Positions 8,138-17,141 of a DNA stretch of 48,791 nt are shown piece by piece (positions within the stretch are counted from its first letter, which is position 1; each line of letters begins with the position of its first letter). The notes below the pieces were generated by a model. That model did no database searches. It saw only the letters and a list, made by a program, of their open reading frames with translations, and was not told where the DNA came from. The stretch covers positions 5,658 through 54,448 of the forward strand of contig CAZWCI010000001.1 in assembly GCA_964632815.1 (NCBI GenBank). The letters are read 5' to 3'. Source of the DNA: an uncultured Lentimicrobiaceae bacterium (lineage in GTDB: Bacteria; Bacteroidota; Bacteroidia; Bacteroidales; WCHB1-69). The position numbers and the translations under genes were made by a program.

Positions 8138-9703
8138 CTAATTTTCTTCTTCAGGAGTAACTTTGTACCTCGGAATCGGGGTGTGAAAAATATCCTTCGG
8201 ACTAAGGGCTCTGTATTGAATCAACCATCTGAAATCTCTTAATAATCTCTCTTTTGGAGTTAACATATTCTCCGGATGAAGAATCCCATCAGGCGAATTG
8301 AAAAAGGTAATGGAGGTTACTTCATTATTTTCCAGGAAAATACGCATTTCACTCGTCGCAGATGAATTTATACCCACCAATGAGCTGTCTTCTTCTTGGA
8401 TATAATAAAGACACTCCGCATTTCCATTTACATCAACACGCTTTAAATCTTGATTTTGAATATAACCTGTAATCGTTAAACCTTTAATTTGATTAAATTC
8501 AGTTTCTTCATAAAGAGATGAAACAATAAACCCTGATTTGATAAGGTAAACGCGGATATTAGATGAATCTTCTATATAAAAGCGTATTGTATCGGCACTA
8601 AGTTGATTCATTCCAGACCAAATGACAGGATTGTAATACATGATTAAAATAGAATCATTCGTAAGATATGATAGAGAATCGCAAGCTCCTTGCATATCAC
8701 TCCTATAAAATTTAACTTTATTATAGGCTTGAATATGTTGAGGTTCTTGCAGCGAATCAAAAAAGATTTTAAGGGTATCAGCATGTAAATAGAGTGAATC
8801 CTCGTTTTCGATAAGAATTACCAAACTGCTATCTGTCACAACAGAGGTGCCCCCCAATTCATAATGTTCTACGTAATTTCCTTTGATGATATAGTTTTTT
8901 GAACTGTCAATCACCACAATATTTTGATGCCCAATTCCGAATCGTAAATTTTTGTCGTAATAAATACTATCTCCCGTGAGAAATTGGGTTTTATTATGAA
9001 GTTCAACACTATCTACCAGTAAGGTTACATCTTTTCTGGTATTGTACCAACCGGAATTGGTATAAATGATATTTTCTTCAGAAGTTAATTTTGTTCGAGA
9101 AATGAAATATGTTGTTTCTGTTTCTGTGTTATAGGCAAGAGAATCACAAGTCATTTGATATGAATTGTTTACCAATTTAACATTCCCTTCTAAAATAATT
9201 CGATTTAAATTTGTATAGTAATTTCCAATTAAACTTGTGAGAATGTTATCCTTGCTAACCATTCTTCCTCCGGTTAAGTAGTAACCGTGTTCTGTATTTG
9301 TATGATAAACCAAACTATCTGTATATAGAGCAGAATTATTATCTCGCAAAATAACATTCCGTGAAATGGTTATAATTTTTAAATCTGCATCATAGGTGAG
9401 GTATTTTCCATAAAGAGTGAGTGAATCGTTGAGGTTTATACGGATTCGTTCTCCAAATCCTTCCATATAGTTTCTATCTTTGTAAAAATGAGCACTATCG
9501 CAATATCCCGTTGTTTGGTCATGAGTAAATACAACATTCCCTTTAAAACGATCAACTCCGGGTAAATAAGCCTCATCATATTCCAATCTATTAGCTCTGA
9601 AATTTATTTTTTTAGGACCATTTTGTGCGGAGACAGAAAGAAATATTCCTAATAAGAGGATGAAACTATAAGTGGATTTGTAAAAAAAATTGGATATTGA
9701 CAT
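8138..9703 (-). CDS. OstA-like (LptD N-terminal-like) repeat protein, exported
   Basis: The ORF track starts this ORF at 9748. The internal ATG at 9703 (MSISNFFYKSTYSFILLLGIFLSVSAQ) gives a signal peptide and removes the overlap with the upstream gene. The body is long repetitive beta-strand-like sequence, typical of the roughly 550-aa OstA-like proteins of Bacteroidota. Confidence 0.6.
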   Translation of the reverse strand: MSISNFFYKSTYSFILLLGIFLSVSAQNGPKKINFRANRLEYDEAYLPGVDRFKGNVVFTHDQTTGYCDSAHFYKDRNYMEGFGERIRINLNDSLTLYGKYLTYDADLKIITISRNVILRDNNSALYTDSLVYHTNTEHGYYLTGGRMVSKDNILTSLIGNYYTNLNRIILEGNVKLVNNSYQMTCDSLAYNTETETTYFISRTKLTSEENIIYTNSGWYNTRKDVTLLVDSVELHNKTQFLTGDSIYYDKNLRFGIGHQNIVVIDSSKNYIIKGNYVEHYELGGTSVVTDSSLVILIENEDSLYLHADTLKIFFDSLQEPQHIQAYNKVKFYRSDMQGACDSLSYLTNDSILIMYYNPVIWSGMNQLSADTIRFYIEDSSNIRVYLIKSGFIVSSLYEETEFNQIKGLTITGYIQNQDLKRVDVNGNAECLYYIQEEDSSLVGINSSATSEMRIFLENNEVTSITFFNSPDGILHPENMLTPKERLLRDFRWLIQYRALSPKDIFHTPIPRYKVTPEEEN

Positions 9704-9710
9704 CTTATCG

Positions 9711-10379
9711 CTATTGATGGAATTCTTGTTTGTCAATAATACGGTCATTTTCGAAAATAGTTATTCTGATTGTATCTCCTTTGGGATTAAACTCAATCTC
9801 TTTTCCATTTTTTGTATTATCCTTGTATGTGGTAATTTGCATTAGATTTCCCTCAAGATCGAAGGCAATCTGTTCTCCGGCTCCTTTGTTGAAATTTGCT
9901 TCACCAACCGGAAGTCCTCGTTGATCATAATAATTCCATTGCCCATCAAAAAGGTTATTCCAAAAAGCCCCTTCTTCTTTAATCTGATCTTTATTATGCC
10001 AAGTAGCGTAATAACCATGCTTCTTCCCCTCTTTATAATAAGTTTCCATGATTTTATATCCGTCTATACTATATAAAATTTCAACACCATCTTTAAGATC
10101 ATTTTTATAATCAGTTTTTGATTCAATTTTATTGGCATTGAACCAACGTGTCATTTTTCCTTCCTTTTTCCCGTGGACCATATTGATTTCAAGTTCTTTA
10201 ACACCATCTGCTCGATAATAGGTCATTAATCCGTGCTCTTTCTTCCCTTTATATGTGATGACCGATTTTACAACTCCATTCGGATGATATTCCGTTTCAG
10301 TGTGTGTACATGCGTGGAAAGTAATGATGATGATGATAAGTAATATTGTTCGTATAAGCTTATTCATACTTTTATGCAT
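9711..10379 (-). CDS. MORN-repeat-variant lipoprotein (YwqK family)
   Basis: 222 aa. A lipoprotein-type signal ends ...ITFHAC. Repeated G-K-x-G-x-x-x-Y/W-Y units follow (KKEHGLMTYYRADG, GKKEGKMTRWF, LKDGVEILYSIDG, GKKHGYYATWH, FDGQWNYYD). Confidence 0.7.
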   Translation of the reverse strand: MHKSMNKLIRTILLIIIIITFHACTHTETEYHPNGVVKSVITYKGKKEHGLMTYYRADGVKELEINMVHGKKEGKMTRWFNANKIESKTDYKNDLKDGVEILYSIDGYKIMETYYKEGKKHGYYATWHNKDQIKEEGAFWNNLFDGQWNYYDQRGLPVGEANFNKGAGEQIAFDLEGNLMQITTYKDNTKNGKEIEFNPKGDTIRITIFENDRIIDKQEFHQ

Positions 10380-10578
10380 CAGTGTAATTCAATAGATATT
10401 TATTTAAGCTACAAAAATAGTTAATTTTATTATACGATTCTTTCGAAGATGAAATTACGCTTTAGTAAATGTTCCCTTTTAATTATGATTAATTATTATA
10501 AATAAATGAAGGATAAGAGAATAGAATTATTATTTAGTCAAATAATACAATTAAATAACAAATAATTAAGAAATATAG

Positions 10579-10586
10579 TATATTTG
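10579..10586 (+). promoter_or_regulatory. -7 promoter box (TAnnTTTG)
   Basis: TATATTTG lies 32 nt upstream of the ATG at 10618. Confidence 0.4.
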
Positions 10587-10617
10587 TATTTATGAACTTG
10601 GAATAAAAAAATGCGAT

Positions 10618-11397
10618 ATGGCTATACAATTCAAAAATTATTATAACTTTTCAAGAGGAGAATGGAGTGCGATTATTCTACTTTTACTTCTTATTCTTTT
10701 TTCTTTTCTGATTTACTATTTTTATGAAGAGCAGATAGATTCTGATTTTGATCTGATTGGCTATCAAAATGAAATTTATGAGTTTGAAAAACAACAACTA
10801 TTCCTTGCAGATTCGCTTACAAGAGAAAGAGAGAAGAGACAAGAAGCTTATGAACAACGATATTCTAGATATAAGAAAAAAAATCGCTTTAATTATGAAT
10901 ATTTCGAAAGAAAAAGAAGGAATGATTATATATCAAAAAATGAAAATGATACTTCTAAAAGACAATTTCCTATCAGATCAACTCCGGCTTATCGTTTGAT
11001 GAAAGTTGAATTAAATAGTTGCGATACGGATGAAATTGTAAAAATTCCACGATTTGGAGCGAAGAGAGCTTTGAAAATTATCGAATATCGTGAGCAATTG
11101 GGGGGCTATGCAAAATTGAGTCAATTGCATGAAATTTTTATGATCAAAGATATTGAAATGGATTATTTGGAAAAATATTTTGAAGTCAATCCAGAAAGAA
11201 TAAATCAAATATATATAAATAAGGCCTCTTATAAAGAATTAATTAGTCATCCTTATTTTGATGCTTATCTAGCAAAATCTGTAATAAAATATCGGAAAAA
11301 AACTGGAAAAATAAAATCATTGCAAGAATTTCAGCAATGTACAAATGCCTATAAGGAATTGCTCGAAAAATTGGAGCCTTACCTTAACTTTGAATAA
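10618..11397 (+). CDS. ComEA-like helix-hairpin-helix DNA-binding membrane protein
   Basis: 259 aa with an N-terminal TM helix and a charged linker. Two HhH-like segments are present (VELNSCDTDEIVKIPRFGAKRALKIIEYREQLGGY and INKASYKELISHPYFDAYLAKSVIKYRKKTGKI). Confidence 0.6.
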   Translation: MAIQFKNYYNFSRGEWSAIILLLLLILFSFLIYYFYEEQIDSDFDLIGYQNEIYEFEKQQLFLADSLTREREKRQEAYEQRYSRYKKKNRFNYEYFERKRRNDYISKNENDTSKRQFPIRSTPAYRLMKVELNSCDTDEIVKIPRFGAKRALKIIEYREQLGGYAKLSQLHEIFMIKDIEMDYLEKYFEVNPERINQIYINKASYKELISHPYFDAYLAKSVIKYRKKTGKIKSLQEFQQCTNAYKELLEKLEPYLNFE

Positions 11398-11414
11398 TAA
11401 ACAGGAAGGAATGA

Positions 11415-11693
11415 TTAAAGATCGGTTTGTTCTGTTTCAGGTTCAGCAGCAGGTTCTTCCTTTGTAAATTGTGATTTAGTCATAAAAGCACAAACTAAAC
11501 AAAGAATAATGATTCCGGTTGCCAATCCCCACGTGGCTTTTTCCAAAAAGTCAGTAGTTTTACGAACCCCCATTATTTGATTGGAAGAGGCAAAATTAGA
11601 AGCTAAGCCCCCGCCTTTTGAATCTTGAATTAGAACAAAGAAACCTAAAACGATACAAGCTAAAATGATTATAACTACTATAAATACAAACAT
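11415..11693 (-). CDS. secG: Preprotein translocase subunit SecG
   Basis: 92 aa with two TM helices. The typical SecG loop reads LIQDSKGGGLASNFASSNQIMGVRKTTDFLEKATW. Confidence 0.85.
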   Translation of the reverse strand: MFVFIVVIIILACIVLGFFVLIQDSKGGGLASNFASSNQIMGVRKTTDFLEKATWGLATGIIILCLVCAFMTKSQFTKEEPAAEPETEQTDL

Positions 11694-11712
11694 TTTTCAG
11701 TGTTTTTAATGA

Positions 11713-12282
11713 TTATTTTTTTACTGTCTTGAGTTTATTAATTTGGTCTGCAAAGTAACAACTTTTTTCCGGATTTTGCAAGGCCAATTTTTTATATATT
11801 TTTATAGCTTTTCCGGTATATCCTTGCTCTGCATAAATCTTCGCCAAAGTTTCAGAAATAATCTCAGGATTCTCTACGCAACTGGCTTTTCCATAGTTAA
11901 TGCTATCATCATGAATTTCGGGATTAAAACGAATCTTTGGAGGATCCGCAGAAAATTTTTCTATAAGTCCATCAATGATAATCTCTTTGTCTGGTTGCGG
12001 TTGTGGAATTTTTGTTTTATCAGGAATTACACTACGAGATTCTTCTTGGGGTATTACTTTGAAATGCTGATATTTTTTTCGATCAAGTATGGAAAGTAAT
12101 AATTTTGATTTTAGTAAATTATATTCCTCAGATCGAAGGCTTTTCAAGGTTTGAGCATATAAAAAAACAACTAATCCTGAGGCCGGATAATGCTCCTGGA
12201 GAAGTTTTAACTGCTCTATTTCCACCTTCTGTGGATTAAAATTGGTTACCGAACCTGAAAAAAATGTTTTGATTGAATCCAT
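11713..12282 (-). CDS. Hypothetical protein with C-terminal TPR-like motif
   Basis: 189 aa. The C terminus [36 protein letters not shown] looks like a single TPR. The gene is co-directional between the lptE-like gene and secG. Confidence 0.55.
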   Translation of the reverse strand: MDSIKTFFSGSVTNFNPQKVEIEQLKLLQEHYPASGLVVFLYAQTLKSLRSEEYNLLKSKLLLSILDRKKYQHFKVIPQEESRSVIPDKTKIPQPQPDKEIIIDGLIEKFSADPPKIRFNPEIHDDSINYGKASCVENPEIISETLAKIYAEQGYTGKAIKIYKKLALQNPEKSCYFADQINKLKTVKK

Positions 12283-12300
12283 ATTGACGGGCTTATAAGA

Positions 12301-12828
12301 TTACCAATTGACGAATGCTTTATTAAAAATATCATCTGTTATTGCTTCATTAATCTGTGCGACTAAAGAACTTTCAATAGATGTAAAATTCTGACTGCTT
12401 GGATAGTCCACGTAGCGACTAAATGTTTGTTCAAAGTTTTTGTTTTCATCAAATTTGTTATAAAACCGAACATTGACCGAAATGGATAATCGGTTCATGG
12501 CAGCAGTTTCATTTCCTTGGATGGCAACGGGTGAAATTGTATAAGCGGTGATTTCCCCTTCAAAAGTATAATCACCGGAACGATTAACGATGTTTAGAGG
12601 CGTTTGGCGTTGAATCATATCTTTGAGTGCAGTAGTAAAATCCTGACTTAGCGTTGGATTAACAAGAGTGGCATTATTGACAAAAGTAGCCACTGATACT
12701 GTCTTTGCATTTGGATGAATATCTCCGCCTGTTAAAGAAACCGTCATCTTGCATGCAGAAAGAAGCAACAGCACAAGGAATATGGCTCCATGCAGTAGCG
12801 AATGCAAGCGAATTAATGGTTTCTTCAT
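12301..12828 (-). CDS. lptE: LptE-like LPS-assembly lipoprotein
   Basis: 175 aa with a lipoprotein signal ...LLLLSAC. Size, and its position between a sigma-54 activator and secG, match the gene order I recall for Bacteroidota LptE-family proteins. This rests on family recall, not a search. Confidence 0.5.
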   Translation of the reverse strand: MKKPLIRLHSLLHGAIFLVLLLLSACKMTVSLTGGDIHPNAKTVSVATFVNNATLVNPTLSQDFTTALKDMIQRQTPLNIVNRSGDYTFEGEITAYTISPVAIQGNETAAMNRLSISVNVRFYNKFDENKNFEQTFSRYVDYPSSQNFTSIESSLVAQINEAITDDIFNKAFVNW

Positions 12829-12831
12829 GGT

Positions 12832-14079
12832 TTATAAATTGTATTCTTTAATTTTTCGATATAATGTTCTTTCAGAAATTCCCAACTCTTTAGCCGCATC
12901 TTTTCTTTTGCTGCCATATTTTTCTAATGCTTTTCTGATCATTTCTTTTTCCGATTCTATCAAAGAAAAATTGTCATCAATGATAATAGGTTCATCAATA
13001 AAGTGGAAGTTCTCTTCAGGTTCTTTTCTATTAAATAATTTTGGTTTTTCGTTAAATTTATATAATACTCCTGATTCCTTGGAAAAATCATCCAGAGGGA
13101 AATCCCCCATTTGTCTTTGAATCTTGGATTCTTTAATTGCTGCGGGAGCATCTTCTTGGTTCATGATTTTATTAACCTGCATTTTGAGTTCTGTCACTTC
13201 CCTTTTTAAATCAATGAGAAACTTATAGATGATTTCCCGTTCAAAGTGTTCATTTTTTTCCTCATCCTTTTGCATAAGCATGGGAAGACCGGATAAATTG
13301 TTTTTTTCAATATACTTGGAAAGAGTTATTTCATCAATCATTCGATTCTTCTCAAGAATGGAAATTTGTTTCGTGATATTTTTTAATTCTCTAATATTTC
13401 CCGGCCAGTTATGGTTGCTAAGAAATTCAACCGCATTGGGCGTGAGTTGAATGGGCGGAACTTGATACTTCTCGGAAAAATCGGAAGCAAATTTAGTAAA
13501 TAAGAGGAAAATGTCTTCTTTGCGTTCACGTAACGGAGGAAGATAAATTGGAACCGAGTTTAATCTGTAATAAAGATCAGCTCTGAATTTTCCGGCTGCA
13601 ATTTTATGTGCCAGATTGACATTGGTGGCTGCAATCACTCGGACTTTAGTAGTAGAGACTTTAGAAGACCCAACCCTCATAAATTCCCCGTTTTCTAAAA
13701 CTCTTAACAAACGTGCTTGAGTTCCCAATGGTAAATCTGCAATTTCATCCAAAAAAATAGTACCATGATTCGCTACTTCAAAATATCCTTTTCTCGCTTC
13801 GGTGGCTCCTGTAAAAGCCCCTTTCTCATGACCAAAAAGTTCGGAATCGATTGTTCCTTCAGGAATAGCGCCACAATTAACCGCAATGTATTCTCCGTGT
13901 TTATATTTGCTGTATTGATGAATGATTTTTGAAAAATTATCTTTTCCGACGCCACTTTCTCCTGTAATCAATACAGATAAATCGGTAACGGCTACTTGCA
14001 CGGCAATTTCAATTGCGCGATCGAGTGCTTCATTGTGCCCGATAATACCAAAACGTTGTTTGATTGCAATTAAATCCAT
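12832..14079 (-). CDS. Sigma-54-dependent transcriptional activator (AAA+ domain + Fis-type HTH) lacking an N-terminal sensory/receiver domain
   Basis: 415 aa. Walker A is GESGVGKD, the GAFTGA loop is present (GHEKGAFTGATEARKG), and Walker B is FLDEI. The C-terminal HTH reads AAKELGISERTLYRKIKEYNL. The AAA+ domain starts within the first roughly 15 residues. Confidence 0.85.
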   Translation of the reverse strand: MDLIAIKQRFGIIGHNEALDRAIEIAVQVAVTDLSVLITGESGVGKDNFSKIIHQYSKYKHGEYIAVNCGAIPEGTIDSELFGHEKGAFTGATEARKGYFEVANHGTIFLDEIADLPLGTQARLLRVLENGEFMRVGSSKVSTTKVRVIAATNVNLAHKIAAGKFRADLYYRLNSVPIYLPPLRERKEDIFLLFTKFASDFSEKYQVPPIQLTPNAVEFLSNHNWPGNIRELKNITKQISILEKNRMIDEITLSKYIEKNNLSGLPMLMQKDEEKNEHFEREIIYKFLIDLKREVTELKMQVNKIMNQEDAPAAIKESKIQRQMGDFPLDDFSKESGVLYKFNEKPKLFNRKEPEENFHFIDEPIIIDDNFSLIESEKEMIRKALEKYGSKRKDAAKELGISERTLYRKIKEYNL

Positions 14080-14095
14080 TTAAAAATAATTTTTG

Positions 14096-14103
14096 CAAAG
14101 ATA
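14096..14103 (-). promoter_or_regulatory. -7 promoter box (TAnnTTTG) for sigma-54 activator operon
   Basis: The reverse strand reads GTATCTTTGCAA, containing TATCTTTG, 17 nt upstream of the ATG at 14079. Confidence 0.45.
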
Positions 14104-14141
14104 CACGTTTTTTTACAAAATAGAAATTGAAAATGCTGTTT

Positions 14142-15932
14142 TTAGCCGTTCATCGAAATGAGAAATTCTTCATTCGTTTTGGTCAAACTCATCTTATCTT
14201 TAATAAAGGTCATTGCTTCAATAGGAGTCATATCGGCCAAATGATTCCGAAGAATCCAAATTTTTCTTAATATTTCAGCATTATGCAATAAATCATCTCG
14301 TCGAGTGCTGGAGGCTACAATATCCACAGCAGGATAAATTCGTTTATTGGATAATTTACGATCTAATTGAAGTTCCATATTGCCGGTACCTTTAAATTCT
14401 TCAAAGATAACTTCATCCATTCGGGAACCGGTTTCGATAAGTGCAGTTGATATAATGGTGAGGGAACCTCCATTTTCAATATTTCTTGCAGCTCCGAAAA
14501 AACGTTTCGGTTTTTGAAGGGCATTGGCTTCAACACCTCCGGAAAGAACTTTTCCTGATGCAGGAGCAATTGTATTGAATGCTCTTGCTAAACGAGTAAT
14601 GGAATCTAGGAGAATACAAACATCGCGTCCACATTCTACCATTCTTTTGGCTTTTTCTAGAACAATATTTGCAATTCTGACATGACGTTCTGCAGGTTCA
14701 TCAAATGTTGAAGAGATTACTTCCGCTTTTACATCCCGCTGCATATCGGTTACTTCTTCAGGACGCTCATCTATCAATAAAATAATAAGATATATTTCCG
14801 GATGATTGGCTGCAATAGCATTTGCAATTTCTTTTAAGAGAACTGTTTTTCCGGTTTTAGGCTGTGCTACAATTAACCCACGTTGTCCTTTTCCAATCGG
14901 AGAAAAGAGATCTATAACACGTGTGCTTAAGGTTTCATTGGCATGCCCTGTTAACTTAATCTTTTGATCCGGGAACATAGGGGTGAGATAGTCAAACGGA
15001 ATTCTGTCACGAATCTCTTCGGGAAGACGGCCGTTGATTTTTTGCACTTTTATTAAAGGAAAAAACTTTTCTCCCTCTTTTGGAGGACGTATGATTCCTT
15101 GAATAGTATCTCCGTTTTTTAGTCCAAATAACTTAATTTGTGACATAGATACATAGATGTCATCCGGAGAATTGAGATAGTTGTAGTCAGAAGATCTTAA
15201 AAATCCACAATTATCATGAGAAATCTCTAAAACGCCTTCTGCAGTAATTTCGCCTTCAAAAGCAGCTTCTGCAATGAGTTTCCATTGTTCGGCTAAAATT
15301 GAGGGAACTTTTTCTGCAGCAGCTGCTTCCATCGCATTTTGTTCATCAGCAGTCAGTTGATCGGTAACCGGATGTGGTTCGCTGATCAAATCAAGAGTTT
15401 CTTCTGTTGTATTTTCCTGAGAAATCAAGATAAGCGTTTCATCATCAAGCAAAGTGTTGTTGATTAATTCAAGTGATTTTTGCTTCTCTAATTCGGCATC
15501 TTCCTCTTGCAGAATGGGATTATCTTTATTGTTTTTTTTCTTGATTCGTCCTTTGGGATTTTTGGGTTGAATGTTCTTTTCTTCTTCCCTTGCAGAATTT
15601 GTCATTTCATTATTGATAGACACTTTTTCTTTTATTTCTTGTGATTTATCCGTTTCAATTAATCTAGGATTGGACTCTTCTTGCAATTCTTGAACATATT
15701 CTTTTGATATTTTTTTTGAATTTGTATTTTCAGAAAATAAGAGTTCTGCTTTTTCTTTACCGGTTTTATTGTCAGATTTCTTTTTGTCTTTTTTCTTTAT
15801 GGTTGTATTTGATTTATTTTCGTTAGAGACAATCCCATCTGCAATTTTTTGTTCGTTAGATGTAGCTACAGGAGTATTCTGAGGCATACTAATTCTCTTT
15901 CTCTTAGGCTTTTGTTCAGATGAATTCAGCAT
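14142..15932 (-). CDS. rho: Transcription termination factor Rho with long charged N-terminal extension
   Basis: 596 aa. The cold-shock-like RNA-binding domain reads [64 protein letters not shown]. Walker A is [15 protein letters not shown] and the RecA-like core contains [11 protein letters not shown]. About 180-230 residues rich in K/E/N/S/T precede the conserved part. Confidence 0.92.
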   Translation of the reverse strand: MLNSSEQKPKRKRISMPQNTPVATSNEQKIADGIVSNENKSNTTIKKKDKKKSDNKTGKEKAELLFSENTNSKKISKEYVQELQEESNPRLIETDKSQEIKEKVSINNEMTNSAREEEKNIQPKNPKGRIKKKNNKDNPILQEEDAELEKQKSLELINNTLLDDETLILISQENTTEETLDLISEPHPVTDQLTADEQNAMEAAAAEKVPSILAEQWKLIAEAAFEGEITAEGVLEISHDNCGFLRSSDYNYLNSPDDIYVSMSQIKLFGLKNGDTIQGIIRPPKEGEKFFPLIKVQKINGRLPEEIRDRIPFDYLTPMFPDQKIKLTGHANETLSTRVIDLFSPIGKGQRGLIVAQPKTGKTVLLKEIANAIAANHPEIYLIILLIDERPEEVTDMQRDVKAEVISSTFDEPAERHVRIANIVLEKAKRMVECGRDVCILLDSITRLARAFNTIAPASGKVLSGGVEANALQKPKRFFGAARNIENGGSLTIISTALIETGSRMDEVIFEEFKGTGNMELQLDRKLSNKRIYPAVDIVASSTRRDDLLHNAEILRKIWILRNHLADMTPIEAMTFIKDKMSLTKTNEEFLISMNG

Positions 15933-16055
15933 AATGATAATAAATAAAAATGAATGAAAAATATTAATTATTAATTGTAACGGATATTTTTAATATAAAA
16001 TCCAATTGTGAAATCCAATATCGTAGTTTGTATTTGATGTGGAAAAACTACGTTG

Positions 16056-16063
16056 CAAAGATA
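16056..16063 (-). promoter_or_regulatory. -7 promoter box (TAnnTTTG) for rho
   Basis: The reverse strand reads TTGTATCTTTGCAA, containing TATCTTTG, about 120 nt upstream of the rho ATG. It shares the same 12-mer GTATCTTTGCAA as the box at 14096-14103. Confidence 0.4.
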
Positions 16064-16097
16064 CAATTTTTTTTAAAATTATTAAATGAAAAAAAAA

Positions 16098-17000
16098 TTA
16101 TTTTGAAAAAAAAGAATCATTCATTACAATCCTGACCATCAATCCATAATTGAATGCAAAATCGGAATATCCCTTGAGTCCTAATCGAGTTACGGCTACG
16201 TAAAAAGCAGGGTCCAGAGATACGTATTGATTGAATGCCAATTTAAGTCCGAAAGCTCCGGAAAAGCCGAATCCAGGACCGCCGTACTTGGTATTAAATG
16301 TTTGCATATTTGAATTGGCAACATAAGTACTTCCGCCGTAAATATCAAGTAATGAAAAGTCCTGGCCTTCAATAATGGCATCAAAACTTTTTACCCGAAC
16401 AAAGTTAAATTGAGCTCCAATTTCAATAAATGGTTTTACAATACTTTTGGTTTCAAATAAGTATATTGCAGATAAATCAAAAAAAGAACGATTTTCTTCT
16501 GCAACAATATCATAAAAAAGATAATCGGGAATATCGTTTCCTGTTGTTACTTTATTGTATGAAACCGTAAAGATGTCTTGAGCTTTTAATTTTGCAAAAG
16601 AATAGGAGAGTGAGATTCCCCAATGCTTATTAAAACGATATTTGGCAGCCAACTGAATACAAAATGCAGGAGTATATTTTACATTTGTAGGATATTCATG
16701 TAACTTAATTTTTGGATCACTGCTGGAAATAAAGTGATTATTACGGGTGATCAAATTGTCAATAGATTGTTTCCAAGAATAATTATCAAAAATATAGGAT
16801 AAGTTATTTTCATTGTATGGAGCGCCATTATAGTAAGCTGCCGTATATTTATTCCCGAAAAATACGCCTCCGCTTATATAAAAATCAACTCCCTGATCGC
16901 TGATTTTGTGTTCAATAGTGCTTTTTCCCTTATCCTGAGCCATTACATCCAAGGAAAAGATTGTAATTAATAATCCAACTATGACTATATTTTTTTTCAT
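16098..17000 (-). CDS. Outer-membrane beta-barrel protein (porin-like), function unknown
   Basis: The track ORF begins at 17015. The ATG at 17000 gives MKKNIVIVGLLITIFSLDVMAQ, a signal peptide. The remainder has an alternating aromatic/small-residue pattern with many Y/F/G residues, typical of OM barrels. Confidence 0.55.
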   Translation of the reverse strand: MKKNIVIVGLLITIFSLDVMAQDKGKSTIEHKISDQGVDFYISGGVFFGNKYTAAYYNGAPYNENNLSYIFDNYSWKQSIDNLITRNNHFISSSDPKIKLHEYPTNVKYTPAFCIQLAAKYRFNKHWGISLSYSFAKLKAQDIFTVSYNKVTTGNDIPDYLFYDIVAEENRSFFDLSAIYLFETKSIVKPFIEIGAQFNFVRVKSFDAIIEGQDFSLLDIYGGSTYVANSNMQTFNTKYGGPGFGFSGAFGLKLAFNQYVSLDPAFYVAVTRLGLKGYSDFAFNYGLMVRIVMNDSFFSK

Positions 17001-17074
17001 AACGCAAAAATACATTTTTTTTAAATAAACCCGAAATTATTCAGATACTTGAGGATGTTTGTGTTAATTTTTTA

Positions 17075-17082
17075 TATTTTTG
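17075..17082 (+). promoter_or_regulatory. -7 promoter box (TAnnTTTG) for acyltransferase pair
   Basis: TATTTTTG lies 60 nt upstream of the ATG at 17142. Confidence 0.4.
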
Positions 17083-17141
17083 CAAGTTAAATTAATAACA
17101 AAATTTAAGAGTATTAAAATTACCTTGAAAATAAGATTATA

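Noticed and set aside
9711-10379. Toxin-antitoxin system, suggested by the usual 'YwqK family antitoxin' label of MORN-variant proteins
   Set aside because: No adjacent toxin-like gene is present, and the protein has a lipoprotein signal peptide. I treat it as an exported MORN-repeat protein only.
12749-13120. 123-aa plus-strand ORF spanning the lptE-like / sigma-54 activator junction
   Set aside because: It is antisense to two well-supported genes and has no recognisable features.
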